A stretch of DNA of 64,000 bases from Perna viridis. Lineage: Eukaryota. Under the pieces are notes generated by a model. It was not told where the DNA came from and did not search any database. It was given only the letters and a program-made list of their open reading frames with translations. Position numbers and translations under genes: made by a program. The stretch covers positions 44,748,577-44,812,576 of the forward strand of contig CM074517.1 in assembly GCA_037379345.1 (NCBI GenBank). Reading direction: 5' to 3'. Positions 47,663 through 60,774 of the stretch are shown one piece after another (the stretch's first letter is position 1; the number at the start of each line of letters is the position of its first letter).

Positions 47663-48999
47663 GAACACTTGTGGGAAATCAGAACAATATAACGAAATAT
47701 GAAAATCTATTGAATTCTGATTTAATTCTCGAGACTGGTAGAGAATACAAACACATTAACAAAACGAACAAAAGACAACAACCTGTTTCTACCTCGATAA
47801 AGTACTCACGTTCTTTATAAACCAGTTAAATATTTAAAAGCAACTGATTAGCAAACTTTTTTTAACGCCAACAAATATATCAGTAAAACACATCCAACAG
47901 AATTTAGTGAAAACAAATTGGTGGTTCCATTGTTCTAAATTCATTATCAGATATGTGATTCCCTTAAGCACCGAACTAAATATATGCATCTATAATATGC
48001 GTACACGTGAATATTTACCGATCAACCTTATAAATACGTAGTGAAGAACAGATTATTTAAGCCGTTTTCATTGATGCCCGGATATATACATACAGATTGG
48101 CTAAAGAAAAGATTGATATGACAAAACAAAACACACGTTGTATAAACATATGGGAAAATAAACGAAACATAAACAAGTAAAGAAAACAAAATTATCCACA
48201 TTGATTCAAACAAATAAAATTATGACCAGTAAACTCACAAAACTTGCATTTTCTTTGTATAGTATTAAAACATAACTAACCCCCGACCATTTCTGAACTT
48301 TCTTCAATTATATAAAATGTTACGCATTTCAACAAACTCAGTGAATTGTTAGCGTAAAGTGGATCTTCTGAGTGATCGCTCTTGAAAAGCTCCTTGCGTA
48401 TTTGACGCAACTTCACAAACTTTTATATGTATGAGTTTTAACTGTTGGTTAAATATTTCAAATGATATTTATGCCTATATGTTGGAAAATGGATCTAAAT
48501 ATATCGGAATTGATATCAAGTTTATTATAAATGATTTAGCTTTAGTTTTTTTTACAAGATTTCAAATGAATATACACAGCACAGAAAAAGACTTGCTCCT
48601 GGTGGTAAGGAATAGTACGTTCAAAACTTGTTATCAGCATGTTTATTTCCTCGTGTACAGAGATTTACATGTATGAAAAGTCATATACCATGTATCATAT
48701 GCATGTAGGAAATTAATCATAATAAGAATAAATAAAAAAAGATAGATAAAAGAAAACACGTGTCAGTTTCATTCAATAATTTAACACTTACATCATCCTG
48801 AAAAGTAATTAACGCTCATCTTTAAAAGGATTGACGTAAAAGTCTGAAAGGACAATGTTTAGTTTAATCTTTTATGTGAAAGAAGTCTGAATCGTTGTTT
48901 TTTGTTCTTAATCGTAATATAATTCATTTTATTTTTTCAATCGGTTGATAAAAAAATTCTAGCGTAGATAATTTCTTTCTAAAACAGAAAATACATTTG

Positions 49000-49680
49000 T
49001 TTCTATTGTACTTTATATTTATTAATTTTGAATTCTATAGTACATTGTTTATAATTAGTATCTCTTATGAACAGGGGTTATACTATAGAAATGTGTTTTA
49101 ATAAGATTACAGAATATTCACTAAGATGTAAGTATGTTAAAAATAGTTAGTACTGAGGAAATCCATGCTGATTCATTTGTCCAAAGCTCAATATTAGGTT
49201 CTGATGTCAAAGCCATTTGGTCAGAGCAATTGTTTTGTCCATGTATCAAATTTTGCAATGGTGATCCTGCCTCAGGAAAATTTGATTCGTTTAAAATGTT
49301 TGATAATAATGTTGTACAAACACCTTCAATGTCACTTGCAAAATATGCACCGATTACTCCGAATTCGGCATATGGAAAAAGTGTTGACTCACGCAAGATT
49401 ATATTACCTGTATACGATAAAATTCTATTTAGTATCCAAATTTCATGTACCTTGGTTACATTACCCTTTTACATTACATCCAATGAAGGCAACGTCGAAG
49501 TGTCTATTACAGTATCATTAATTACTGTTGCTTTAGTTATTAGAATATTTTTGATCGGAGGAGTATCCGAATTTGCTACAATTTCTTTATCGTCTGGCTG
49601 CGGATTCATGAAAATGCGAGAGTTATTTCGAAGATGGAATTCACAAAAAAAAACATACTTTCGAAGCGTTGTTTTCATAC
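49000..49680 (-). pseudogene. Remnant of a third paralogue of the rhodopsin-type GPCR ectodomain
   Basis: STLFPYAEFGVIGAYFASDIEGVCT...QNNCS...IELW aligns by eye with TSVFPFFTGIDMFFTNDVENYCT...NSNCS...FQLIW of ORF 27235-28209. Confidence 0.55.
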
Positions 49681-51634
49681 TTGAGTGTAAATTTAGATAA
49701 TATATTGTATAACAATATACAAATGGTGGTACAAGTTTCCCACTTTTTTCCTGTATAAACAGTCAAAACATATCTACATCACAGATGCTTCAGGATAAAT
49801 TTTTAAAGTTTTTCAGTCGTTTTCTAGATGTATTTGAGGCAAAAATAAATAAATTGAGAAAAAAGTATTACCACGCATTGCCCGATTTTAATACAGAATG
49901 ATACTTAAAATCTTACAAAGACGAAATGCTACGAACTCGACCTAAACATCAGAGGTAGAAGAATAAACAGTTCCTTCTCTTTGTTAGGCGCCTGGCGTTG
50001 AATTCACAAAAATCGTCAGTGTGAAATTGATTGTAAATTATGAAATAAATGTTTTTTTCTGTTCTTACGTCATTACTTACGATCAACTTTCCTCTTACGA
50101 CTTTTTATGAATTCGACGCCCTCCTACCAAAATAAAGGTCGTGTCTTGTAAAGAATGATTATTTGAAGTTTTTAGCAATAAACTTCTAAAATTTCTTTGC
50201 GTGTATTAACTCTTTTATAACAGCTCATATTTCCAAATATGACTTGTGGGTTTGTGTAATAAATATTTTAGTGATGAGCATTTTTCAGTGTTTCAGAATG
50301 TGTTGAATGATACTGGAATAATGTTGTCATTAATTTATTTAGCTGTTAAACTGTTAAAGTCAAAATGACTATACTCAACGTTAGTTGGATCCAGCTATTG
50401 ATTTATTTGTTTTCAATTGTTCAATTACCTAGTGACAGAGTTATCTTTTATTCTATTTGTTATGCATAAAATCGCAACATCAGTACGTACGGTTTATATT
50501 CCTTACGACAAATCCTACGGAATTCTGCCATTTTATGTTGCTAAGCGTCGGTTGTTTACCAGTTTGATCGGTCCAATTTTAACTACATAAATTATAGGAA
50601 GTCGTCGTTTTATGATACGATTTAGATTGTTGTTCAGAACAATTTAAACAGCGATAGGTGACAAATAGCATGTCATTCTTTATTTTACTTCCAATTTGTA
50701 TATGTCAGACATTATTTGATGTCAATTATAATATATGAATAAATTTCCTTAACAATGTATTAAAGCTAAATCCTCTGACAAATCATTTCAAACAGTATAA
50801 TTACTGAGGAAATATAAATTGATTTATTTACCTCCGCTGAAGCCATATTACAATTTGATAAATTTTTATTGTAATGTGTCACCAATGAGCGGCGAATTAA
50901 GTATTTAAAAGTATATACTAGTATTCACACAATAAGATGATTCTTATGAACATTTTTATTGTCTATGAGTATTAAAGCATTAAAGCTTATCACATTTGCA
51001 TGGCATGCTTTTAACAGGATTAAGCATACTGGTATAATACTACACTAACATGTTTTATTAATGACACACTGTAAGAGAAACATGATGACAATTCTGCAAT
51101 AGTTGGAGAGAACAATGTTCATATCAGTCTTTTGATAAGAATACAAAATTTGAATACTGTTTTGTTCAATAATGTCCTCTTAAAGATACAGCCATGAAAA
51201 GATTGACTCTCATTTCTAAGAATGGAAAATGTGAATTGTACGAGATTAAGTGTATAAACAGTTCATATTCATTACCGTTGTTATTTAAAAAAAATATCCT
51301 ATCAGTTAAATTTCTATTGTGTGATTTTGTTTGTCCATATTTAAATTGCGGCGGGCGGACCAATCGACATTAATGACGTCATAGTACCAAGCCAGGTTAT
51401 AAAAAATAAGAGAACCAACCAATTAGAAAGCTTATTATAAATGAAATTAAATTATAAGGAAGTAACACTAGGTTGAGTGTCTCTGTACGAATAAGGCAGG
51501 GAATGAAACATGGTACAAAAACCCTCCATATTGAAAGTTTAATTTGACTATTTGCACCGTCAGAATCAAGGGAAAATACAAGATTTTCCGTATTATTTAG
51601 GTGAAATTAAGTTCTGATTTTATTAAAATACAGA

Positions 51635-54600
51635 GTAATTAAGGGAACCAAGATTCTAACGGAAATCAAAAGAACGCAATCCAGGGACAAAGACCAGAAA
51701 TGGAAACACAACAAAGAACATAGAATAACCAAAATAATACATACAAAGTATCAAAAATAAACTCGGACTCTCCTAAAAGCAATTTTGTAGCAATATTATT
51801 CTGTCCCAAAGGCCTAATTATTAGAAGTTTAGCGCGATATCAAGAATCTAAAGTTACGCAGAATTGTTATAAGAAAACTCCATACGCAGGAGCTGAAGGG
51901 ATGTTGCTTACACATAAAAGGAAAGTTGACAATACGGAATGAAAATTGATCGCGTGTGTCGTATAGTTTTCTTTTACCATCGATCTCTAAGTGTAGGACA
52001 AGATATGAGGCTGACTTCACAATGATTGTAGTATCCTTTATCTCAAGTTATAATGGGTAGATGCGATATATAAACTCCCTGGAATTAGGATTGTTTAACG
52101 ACAATACGTCATCTATATAGCAAAATCTGAGATGAAAGGATCTAGCTAAACGATGTTCTTTCTTTTGGATCAGACCAGCTATTAAGTGAGCTTCATAAGA
52201 ATGAAGGATTAGGTCAAGAAGTTGAGGATCACAATTCCTTCTCTTGAAATGCCGACCGTTTGTTGAAAAACACGCCCACCACTAACAAGATATTTTGTCA
52301 ATAAAAGAATTCAAGCATTTGAAAACATCTTCATTGGTTTATTTGGAAGATGTTTGAAATTTGTTTTTTTTTTCAAAGTATGTAGAACCTCTACCAATAA
52401 CTACATATTTGTATTTAGGAGTACCATTTTTTTTAGTAACAACGATGTATAATGCATTTGAGTCGGGATTTTAACTGAGTATTGGAATAGAAGTGTTAAG
52501 AGGTTAAACATTATAGGTATTACTTCTATTGTATTTTGATAATATTCTTGAGTTGAGGGTTTCCAGAAAATTTTTCGAATTTTTCAGGATCCATATTGAA
52601 TTAAAAACACCACGGGAGTAACAAGTGTCGTGGTAAGACTATTGACCCTCTTTGACAGCTGTGAGTATAGAAGTAAGAATTTTGAAAGAGGTTTGGTGGT
52701 ACATTTCACAGATCCAGTTGTGTAGCGTTGTTTGTATGGATGCTTGTGGAGTTTAGGAATCCAGTACATAGACGGTAGATCATAATCATCGTCGTTGTTA
52801 GAGAGACCAAAAGACGATAGCACAGATTTATGGTTTTCTACTGTCTCTTCTTTGGACACTGTAGTGGCAGTATAGGTCTTGTTACTGATATTTTTGCGTC
52901 TACATATGATAATAATCATTAATTAATACGGTATGCAAACAAAATAATGTTGTTTTGGACTTTGCCGGCGGGTACGACAACACATTTTTCATGTATAGTA
53001 GACAATGTTTTGGGGTTTGTGAAAACAGTTGTGATGTGGCATTACACTCATTTACCTACTTAAAGAGTAATCAAGGGAACCAAGGTTATAGCGGTAATCA
53101 AAAGAATGTAATCTGTTTGTCTAGAAACACCCGCCGAGTTGCTCGTAAAAAGTCAAATCCGGGGTAGACAAACGATTTGTTTCAAAATTAAAGACCTCAC
53201 GGCCTTGAACACTCTAACAGAGAATCAATGCCGTCTTGTTCTCGTTTTATCCATTTTCTTTCATAGTCCTCGACGGCATCCATAGGAACTTTAAAGTTAT
53301 AATTCCAATTGATGGAGCGTGGTTCACGGTACTTGGGATCGTTAGAAAGGATTTTACGCAGAGATTCGTTTTCGATGATGTAAATTTCCTGTAACGAGGT
53401 GACCAGAAGGGCCATATTTGAATGGAGAGTTTTTGCAAGAACAGTGAGGTGGTTTAGCCTTAAGTCCTCAATCTCGAGGTTCTGTAATAGCCTTTTATAA
53501 TCAAAAATTTTGGATGCAATATGTGAAGTATAGGAATATGAAATAATTGGTATGGATTTGTCTTTGAAATATGAGGAAATTTTTTTTGGGTAACGTTTTT
53601 GTGATGGAGGATGTTAGCCAAATTAATTGTATCTATATCTTTGTTGACAAACGGTAGTGGAATAAATGATCGTTTTCGTTCATCTGACTTTTCACACGAA
53701 CTGGTTTAAATAATCTGTGGAAACCAATATCCAAAATGATGGCTGTATAATGATGAAGTGGGTCAGAAACAGGATTGTCAAGACTTGTTTTGTAAAGGGA
53801 GTGTAGTAAAGTGAGAGGTAAAGAATAAAGTTCGGTTCTAATGTGATGAAATCCAAGAGGTTTTTGTATGAAAGGAAGGAGACCACCTATGGAGACATCA
53901 TGTAACTTACGTGACATATAGTGGCGATGGCCATGACTCCTTTGCCGCCTTGGATTTTTGTCAATTAAAGTCATCACATTTATGCTATTGTTATCTTGGC
54001 TTGAAAGGTTTCCTATACTTTTGATGTTGTCATTGCATCCGTAAGGTATTGCAGTACCTAGTCTGCGTATCCAGTACTCCTTTCTTCCCCTACGATAATT
54101 TTTACTTAGACCGGGACTGTTCGTAGGATTGTATTTTTTTTTCTAGAATACGAACTTTCATAGAGAGGATTGAATGATCTTGTTGATTAAAGTGTTGATA
54201 AACTGTCGGGAACGGTGGTGTTAATTCCCGAACGATGACCGCACATTATTTTGTTTAATCGTTCTTGCGTTTCTCCGACATATACTAAACCACATAAGTT
54301 GCATTCTAATCCATATATCATGTTTGTCGAATGCAACTTAAGTCATCGTGACTTCTTGTATGGAAGGTTTTGTTTGCAAAGAAACTGGAGAAGCAAGAGT
54401 CGGTTATAAGAATGTTGCATGTTTTGCAGTTTTTAATACCATATTTTGATATGGTACAATGTGGTTCATCATCGTTGTAGTCAAATATATCATTTAAAGT
54501 GATGGAACATGGTTTGATAATTTTAAAATAGTCAGAATTTTTGTACTGGAATAGATGGTCTGCAGACTGAACGTGTGATTGGATACTTTTAGTTGAATTG

Positions 54601-54704
54601 GTCGGGGCACTTTCCATTCCAGATGTGAGTGTGCTAAGATTCCCACCTGTGGACACCACATTCTTACAAGACAACAGAGTTTTAGGAAAGTTAGAACCTT
54701 TCAT
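51635..54704 (-). mobile_element. Near full-length degraded Penelope-like element with N-terminal GIY-YIG endonuclease (Naiad type)
   Basis: 5' to 3' on the minus strand: CKTC, IYGLECNLCGLVYVGET, EYWIRRLGTAIPYGCND (54420-54030); then PKYREP, YWIPKLHK, YIDD region, KSASYL.LHLEIDG; then 3' UTR. Confidence 0.88.
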
Positions 54705-55444
54705 ACATTAGTGCAACCTTGTTCCTGTCATTACTATCGAAGAGCAAGAAAACCTAATTTATTTTAAATTGTAGTAACTTGCCACTCTGCAGATTCTAAA
54801 ATTCAAAAACATAATTGAAACATAATTTTAATATTTTATTAAGTTATGCTTACAGGACGTACGAAGAGAAAGATAAACCTCAGGTGCAGAGCATAATTGA
54901 TCTCTAAATTTAATAAAAAATAGAATCCAACATTGACAACGCACTAATCCTACATTATCTATTCTTTCGATTTTATTAGTAGCATACGTTAAAACTAAGA
55001 AATCAATATTTGTTTTTATTTTCTCACGCTTTCTTGTACAAGTTTTATGTAAAAGTTAATTTAGTGTTGTGCATTGCGTTTCCATTTAATGCATGTTTGT
55101 CTCTGTCTCTAAAATTATTATTGTAAATTTATGTTCATTGATTAATTGTAATTTAACGTCCATTGTCAGACAAATCATGAATTTCAGTGCGAAAGGGTTT
55201 GGTCAATTAAACAAATCCTGGGTTCTAATAGAACGACCCGATCGTTATAATTTACAGAAGCAGAAACCAACAGGCACAGAATGACCTGAATAATAGTTGA
55301 ATAATTAAAATGGCAGACCACAGAACATATTCATTAATGGTTTGTAGTCATTAGTAGAATTATCTTAATTATTAATTAGAATTATAAATGATTTTAGAAA
55401 AGTGATTGCTAGATGCCCGTAAGTGCAGTCTTGACTGGAATGCA

Positions 55445-57549
55445 GGTACGAGAACAAAATAAATTCAAAATGTATAGTTCCAACTTTGGTAGTAGGTACC
55501 TTCCACATTTTTTCATATTTTTACTGGAAACTAATTTGCTGAAGTTTTGCCTCTACTTGGTAGAAAATAGGTTAAAATTACATGGGATTTTTTTTCATTA
55601 ATCAATTCTGACTAAAAGTTGTGATTTGGTTCAGTGGAAGAAGGTTAAAATATAGGACTTTTAACTCAGTTCATTTGTCATGTTTACCTCATCTCCGAAT
55701 ATGTATTAATTTCAGAAAATGATGGTAAAATTTTCTACAATTTATATAAAATCCTGTTTGTACATATCTTTAGGCCAGATAAGTTTTATTCAGTTTGCAC
55801 CGGTGGAATTTTTTTTTAATCTGCTCAAATGTGTAAATTGAAATGCACTTGAAAATTAATTGCGGTCTCGTGCCTAATAAGGGGGTTGTCTGGGTATCAG
55901 AAATTTGCTAGTATTTGCTGGGGGTAATTTGGTGTTTATTTTTAAGAATTCAGTAAATCTACATGAAATAATAAGATTTTGGCCCTTTATTCTCTATTTT
56001 CTGAAATTAAAATAAAAAATATGGTTTCTATGGGATTTTCCATTGAAATTGCACTTTTGCTAGGGTGCTAGGTATGAAATATAGACGAGTGGGGAAAATA
56101 TTGTACAGCTTTGAGTTTTTCTCCTCTAACTATACACTAAAAACATCAAATCCACAAAAAACATACTTTATGAACAAGGTTTAGGCAGAATCTGACAATT
56201 TAGTGTAATTTTTATGAACCTTGTCAATGAAATATGGCAAAATCAGGGGTTTTCACAGCTTTGTCTTAGGTTCTATAAAACCACAGATATGAGTTTTATT
56301 GGTCTGAATCTTTTGTATTTACTAGTAAATAATATAAATAATGTGAAAAAAATCTCACATATTCAATCCATTGATAGTTTATATCTAATATAAGTCACTA
56401 CATGTATATACCTTGTGATGTCTGAAAAACACCTAATTTTAGAGTTCCGCATACACTATAAGGTTTCAAAAATGAACTTTTTTATAGAAAAACTGGAAAA
56501 ATACAGTTGACTGTCTGCTTATGTACATAATAAGCTTAGAACCTTACATTATTTTACATTTGTTTCAGTTTTTTTATCATTCAAAACCCAAATAAAGGCT
56601 AACTTTTAATATCGGACACAATTGCACTTGAACAAGCTCTGTACAGGTCTGGTTCAAATTGATCTGGAGTGACAGTTTTAGCTTTGAAACCACTTCTTAT
56701 TGTTTTCAATGTACATTTGATATGTGTAGACCACTTTATGTTTGAAGTTGATCAATTTAAGTCATTGTCAGCATCATAAAATGAGTTTTCATATGTGTAC
56801 CCCTATACATGGTCTAAAAGTGCATTGACCATGGCCGCATGTATAAAATCCAATTTGTGGCCTTAAAGCAGCTGGAACTTGAGTAAACTGAACTTCATTG
56901 CATCAAAAACACATGATATGATGCAACCAATGTAAAAAATCACAAAAATATTGCATTTAAAAAAATATGTACATTTTCGAGGGGCCTTATTTCCCTCGAC
57001 CATTGGACATGCGAGTCATGCAATGTACCACTGATACTGAATTTGCTATAACTTATATATTTTTCAACTAATCATGATGAAATTTTGTACTTGATGTCAA
57101 AAAAGGTTCGTCTTGACATGAGTGCAGCTTTTATTCAAATTGAGCACATCTATTGATCTAATAGGTACGGGAACACAATTAATTCCCCTTCGATTTTCGT
57201 TGTAGTTCCAATTTTGTTAGTAGGTACCTTCCACATTTTTTTCATATTTTTACTGGAAACTTATTTTTCATTAATCAATTCTGATTAAAAGTTGTAATTT
57301 GGTTCAGTGGAAGAAGGTTAAAATTTAGGACTTTTAACTCAGTTCATTTGTCATGTTTACCCCATCTCCGAATTATATGTATTGATTTCAGAAAATGATG
57401 GTCAATTTTGTACAGTTTATATATAAAATCCTGTTTGTACATATCTTTAGGCCAGATAAGTTTTATTCAGTTTGCGCCGGTGGAATTTTTTTAATCTGCT
57501 CAAATGTGTATATTGAAATGCACTTGAAAATTAATTGCGGTCTCGTGCC
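55445..57549. mobile_element. Composite non-coding element: two ~400-bp direct repeats, each with its own TIRs, flanking ~1.3 kb
   Basis: Units 55445-55874 and 57164-57549 both run GGTACG(A/G)GAAC...GGTCTCGTGCC; flanked by TGCA on both sides; absent from the paralogous site (~39285). Confidence 0.75.
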
Positions 57550-57715
57550 TGCATAAAACTATAAAGTCTTAGCCTCAAAATCAAGCTATAAAGTAGATAG
57601 AATTGTACCTATATTATCTCCCCTAAATTAATCCGCTTACATATCCGCCGAATAATCCTTTATGGCTTGAAATATTGTATGTAATTAGTTGAGTTCTCAT
57701 GTAACGTTTTAAATC

Positions 57716-59016
57716 ATCGAATACTTTATTTCTCATACATAAAGTACAGAGAAAATTCACATATTTTACCTAAACATTTACAATGCATGTATATACAGAG
57801 TATAAATAATCTAACCAGGAGGTACGACCTTGGACATAATTATTTTTACAAATTTTGCCAAGTTTGTTAATACAATAACATCTTTAGAATTAAACAACTG
57901 GTTATATTTTAATACATTAACACTTGTATGAAAGTGATTTGAAAGAAATTTTCTTCTTTCTTCATTGAAGAAGTTGCACTCAAAAATGTAATGAAATTCA
58001 TCTCCAATGTCATGACTTTCACATAAAGTACACAAACGTTCATTTCTAGGTGTATTTCTCCACCTACCCGTTTCGACAGGCAAACGATGTGACCCACATC
58101 TAAATCTACATAATAGATGCATAAAATAAGGAGGTAAAATTGAAAAATAATTTTCAAAACATAATTCAGTCTTGAATATCTTATAACAATAACACTTTGA
58201 TGAATTTGAAATTTCTGAAAACCAATCTTGTTTAAATTGATCTTTCAATCTCAATTCAACACTTTTTGCAATCCATTCTGGATTGAATTGATTTGGTGAT
58301 GTCCAAACATTTGACATACCACAACTATCAAAAATATTTTTGATAAAGACTATCCATTTACTATTAAATCCATAGTTAGCAAAATTGATATACAGTAACT
58401 TATACAGAATTGAAGAGAATTTGTTATCTTCTCTACCCTCTAATCGGCACCAAAACTTAACCATACGTATCTTAACTGCCAATGAGAGTGGAAATCTTCC
58501 CAATTCCCCATATATAATAATATTTGGTGTAGAAAGCTTCAATCTGGGTATAGTCTTGCAAAAGCGCAGATGCACTTGCTCTAATAAGTCAATATTCTCA
58601 AAACCCCAAATTTCTGACCCATAGAGTAATATAGGTAATATAGCTTTGTCAAACATCTCTAGTTGACATTCAATAGATATATTATTTCTACGACAATTCT
58701 GTATTAAGCTGTACATAGCTTTAATAGCTTGTTCTTTTAAAAACTTTCTAGTGGTAAGAAAAGAACCACTTCTAGCAAAGAAAACGCCCAAGTATTTATA
58801 GCTTGTAACTTTTTCTAATTCTTCGCCATTTAAATAAAACTTTTCGTCATCTCTTTGTCTACCTTTTCCAAAGATAAGAATTTTCGTTTTACCAACATTT
58901 ATCTTCAATTTCCATATCTCACAATAGTCTGAGAAGTTATTTAACATCAATTGTAAATCTGCTCCAGACTCAGATAACAAAATAGAATCATCAGCATATA
59001 ACAATAACAATATTGT
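57716..59016 (-). mobile_element. Young 5'-truncated LINE (CR1/L2-group)
   Basis: Uninterrupted 399-aa ORF 57811-59010 from LLLYADD through PILLYGSEIWG and CTLC...DEFHYIFEC; AATAAA tail; absent from the paralogous site (~39425). Confidence 0.9.
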
Positions 59017-60098
59017 CAGGTATTACTAGTAAATAGATAATTACTAAGTTAATGGTTCACCATCACAACAGAGACGTTGATCTAATCGGCAAATTATGTA
59101 GAATGACATATAACAAGCAATCCTTATAAATTCTGGCACTGTCACTTACGTAATAAGTGTATAGTTCTGTACGGTTAGTTTTATTTGTTTGTCAATATTT
59201 TAAAAAGTATTTTATGATAGTCATGACATCAGCTTCTTATCAGTTACGAAAACTATTTTCAAATACTTTTTAGACCATTTTAGTTTAAACATAACGGTAT
59301 GTATTACTGGACAGATCTTTATTATCACTTTTAATTCCAATATTCAGAGAAAACCATTAAGCATAAACACATTGCAAGCCATTCACACGTTCACAGACCA
59401 AAAAGTCTAATATGTCTTCAAATTGAATGTCTTGTAGAAATTGTGTCAGATAAACGGAGTTACCAACTGATTAAAACAGCAGTGCAACTTTTTAACAGTT
59501 TATGGTACTGAAAATATTTGAATGCATTAAAAATCTATTAAATAGAGCAAAATGAAATTACCAACATATTTGTGTTTATAATATACATTCGCTGAATAAA
59601 TCAAACGGAAGAAGTTGGAAAAATATGTAGGTTTGTTTATCTTGGATTATGAAATTTTGAAATCTACATTTTCATTTATATTCAAAAGAGAAAATGCCAA
59701 AAACCAAGTTTCTTCTTTTTCAAAGGAAAACAAAGAAAAAAGGATAGCAGAGGATAGCATCTAATTTGTCTTATCTGTGAATGGATCACTTTTTTGGGGT
59801 CTTGAATTAAAAATACAACAAGAATGTTTGGAGCTAAAAATAGCTGATTATCAAGATTAAACAGTGTTGGCAATGGTCTATTTGTAGAGATTCTTCCATT
59901 TTTGTTCACTTTCAACACATCATAGCAAAAATTTATACTACAAGTATATGATTGAGTTTATTACTATTTTTTATTTTTGTTTTCTATTGTTGTTTTGATT
60001 TGTTTGTTTTATTTTTTTTCTAAAATATTAAAAGAAAAGAAACGTAGAGATTACAAGTATCTGCAAAACAGACCGAAGCGTCAAAAGAGAAGGGTGGT

Positions 60099-60102
<4 letters not shown>

Positions 60103-60168
<66 letters not shown>
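60103..60168. repeat. (TA)n microsatellite
   Basis: Perfect TA run. Confidence 0.98.
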
Positions 60169-60172
<4 letters not shown>

Positions 60173-60498
60173 AGGTCTGAAAAATTCCCAACGATGTTAG
60201 AACTATCAAATTTGCGATGCAAATTTTTGGTCGTTCCCTCCGCGGGACTCGAACTCGTTGCGCTGTGACATCTATGGCAACATCGCCTGCACAAAGTCTA
60301 AGTCTAGGGCGCTGGACTTTGTGCAGGCGGTGTTGCCATAGATGTCACAGCGGTACGAGTTCGAGTCCCGCGGAGGGAACGACCAACATCGTTGGGAATT
60401 TTTCAGACCTTTCTATAAGTTTACGTTATCTTCCCTGTATCAAACTGATCCGATGGAGCAGTGTAGCGAATAGAGTCGTTGGGAATTTTTCAGACCCT
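60169..60498. mobile_element. Head-to-head inverted pair of the tRNA-Leu-headed element between (TA)n tracts
   Basis: 60169-60298 matches 29148-29280 directly and 60302-60480 matches the reverse complement of the 29 kb copy, forming a palindrome centred near 60300. Confidence 0.85.
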
Positions 60499-60774
60499 TA
60501 TATATATATATATATATCAATGTAGATGCTGTTGTTTGTTGATGAACAGGAAGTGAAATGTTCATGTTTTGATAATAGAACAAAATATGAGGAGGAATGA
60601 AGCTTAAAGATGCAATTTTAAAGAAGACACTTGCACTTGGTTATAGACAACAACACATTTATGACTAATTCACAGCATGTACCCATTTATCATAAACATA
60701 TTCATACATTATAGTACTTAACTTTGCACATGTGCAAAAAAACAGAAGTTCTTTATTACAGTACTTTGTACTTC

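Larger units (their letters stand above)
49721..60106 (+). repeat. Segmental duplication, copy B (with copy-specific insertions)
   Basis: See copy A; begins AAATGGTGG...TTTCCCACTTTTTTCCT and ends GACCGAAGCGTCAA...GGGTGGTACAAATAT. Confidence 0.88.

Noticed and set aside
49134-49700. 188-aa plus-strand ORF as a gene
   Set aside because: The homology signal (GPCR ectodomain) is on the minus strand; the plus-strand ORF has no recognisable features.
54000-54704. Selenocysteine-encoding Naiad
   Set aside because: The TGA at 54318 results from a frameshift (the other frame reads STNMIYG); I saw no in-frame TGA at conserved Cys positions and cannot support a SECIS.
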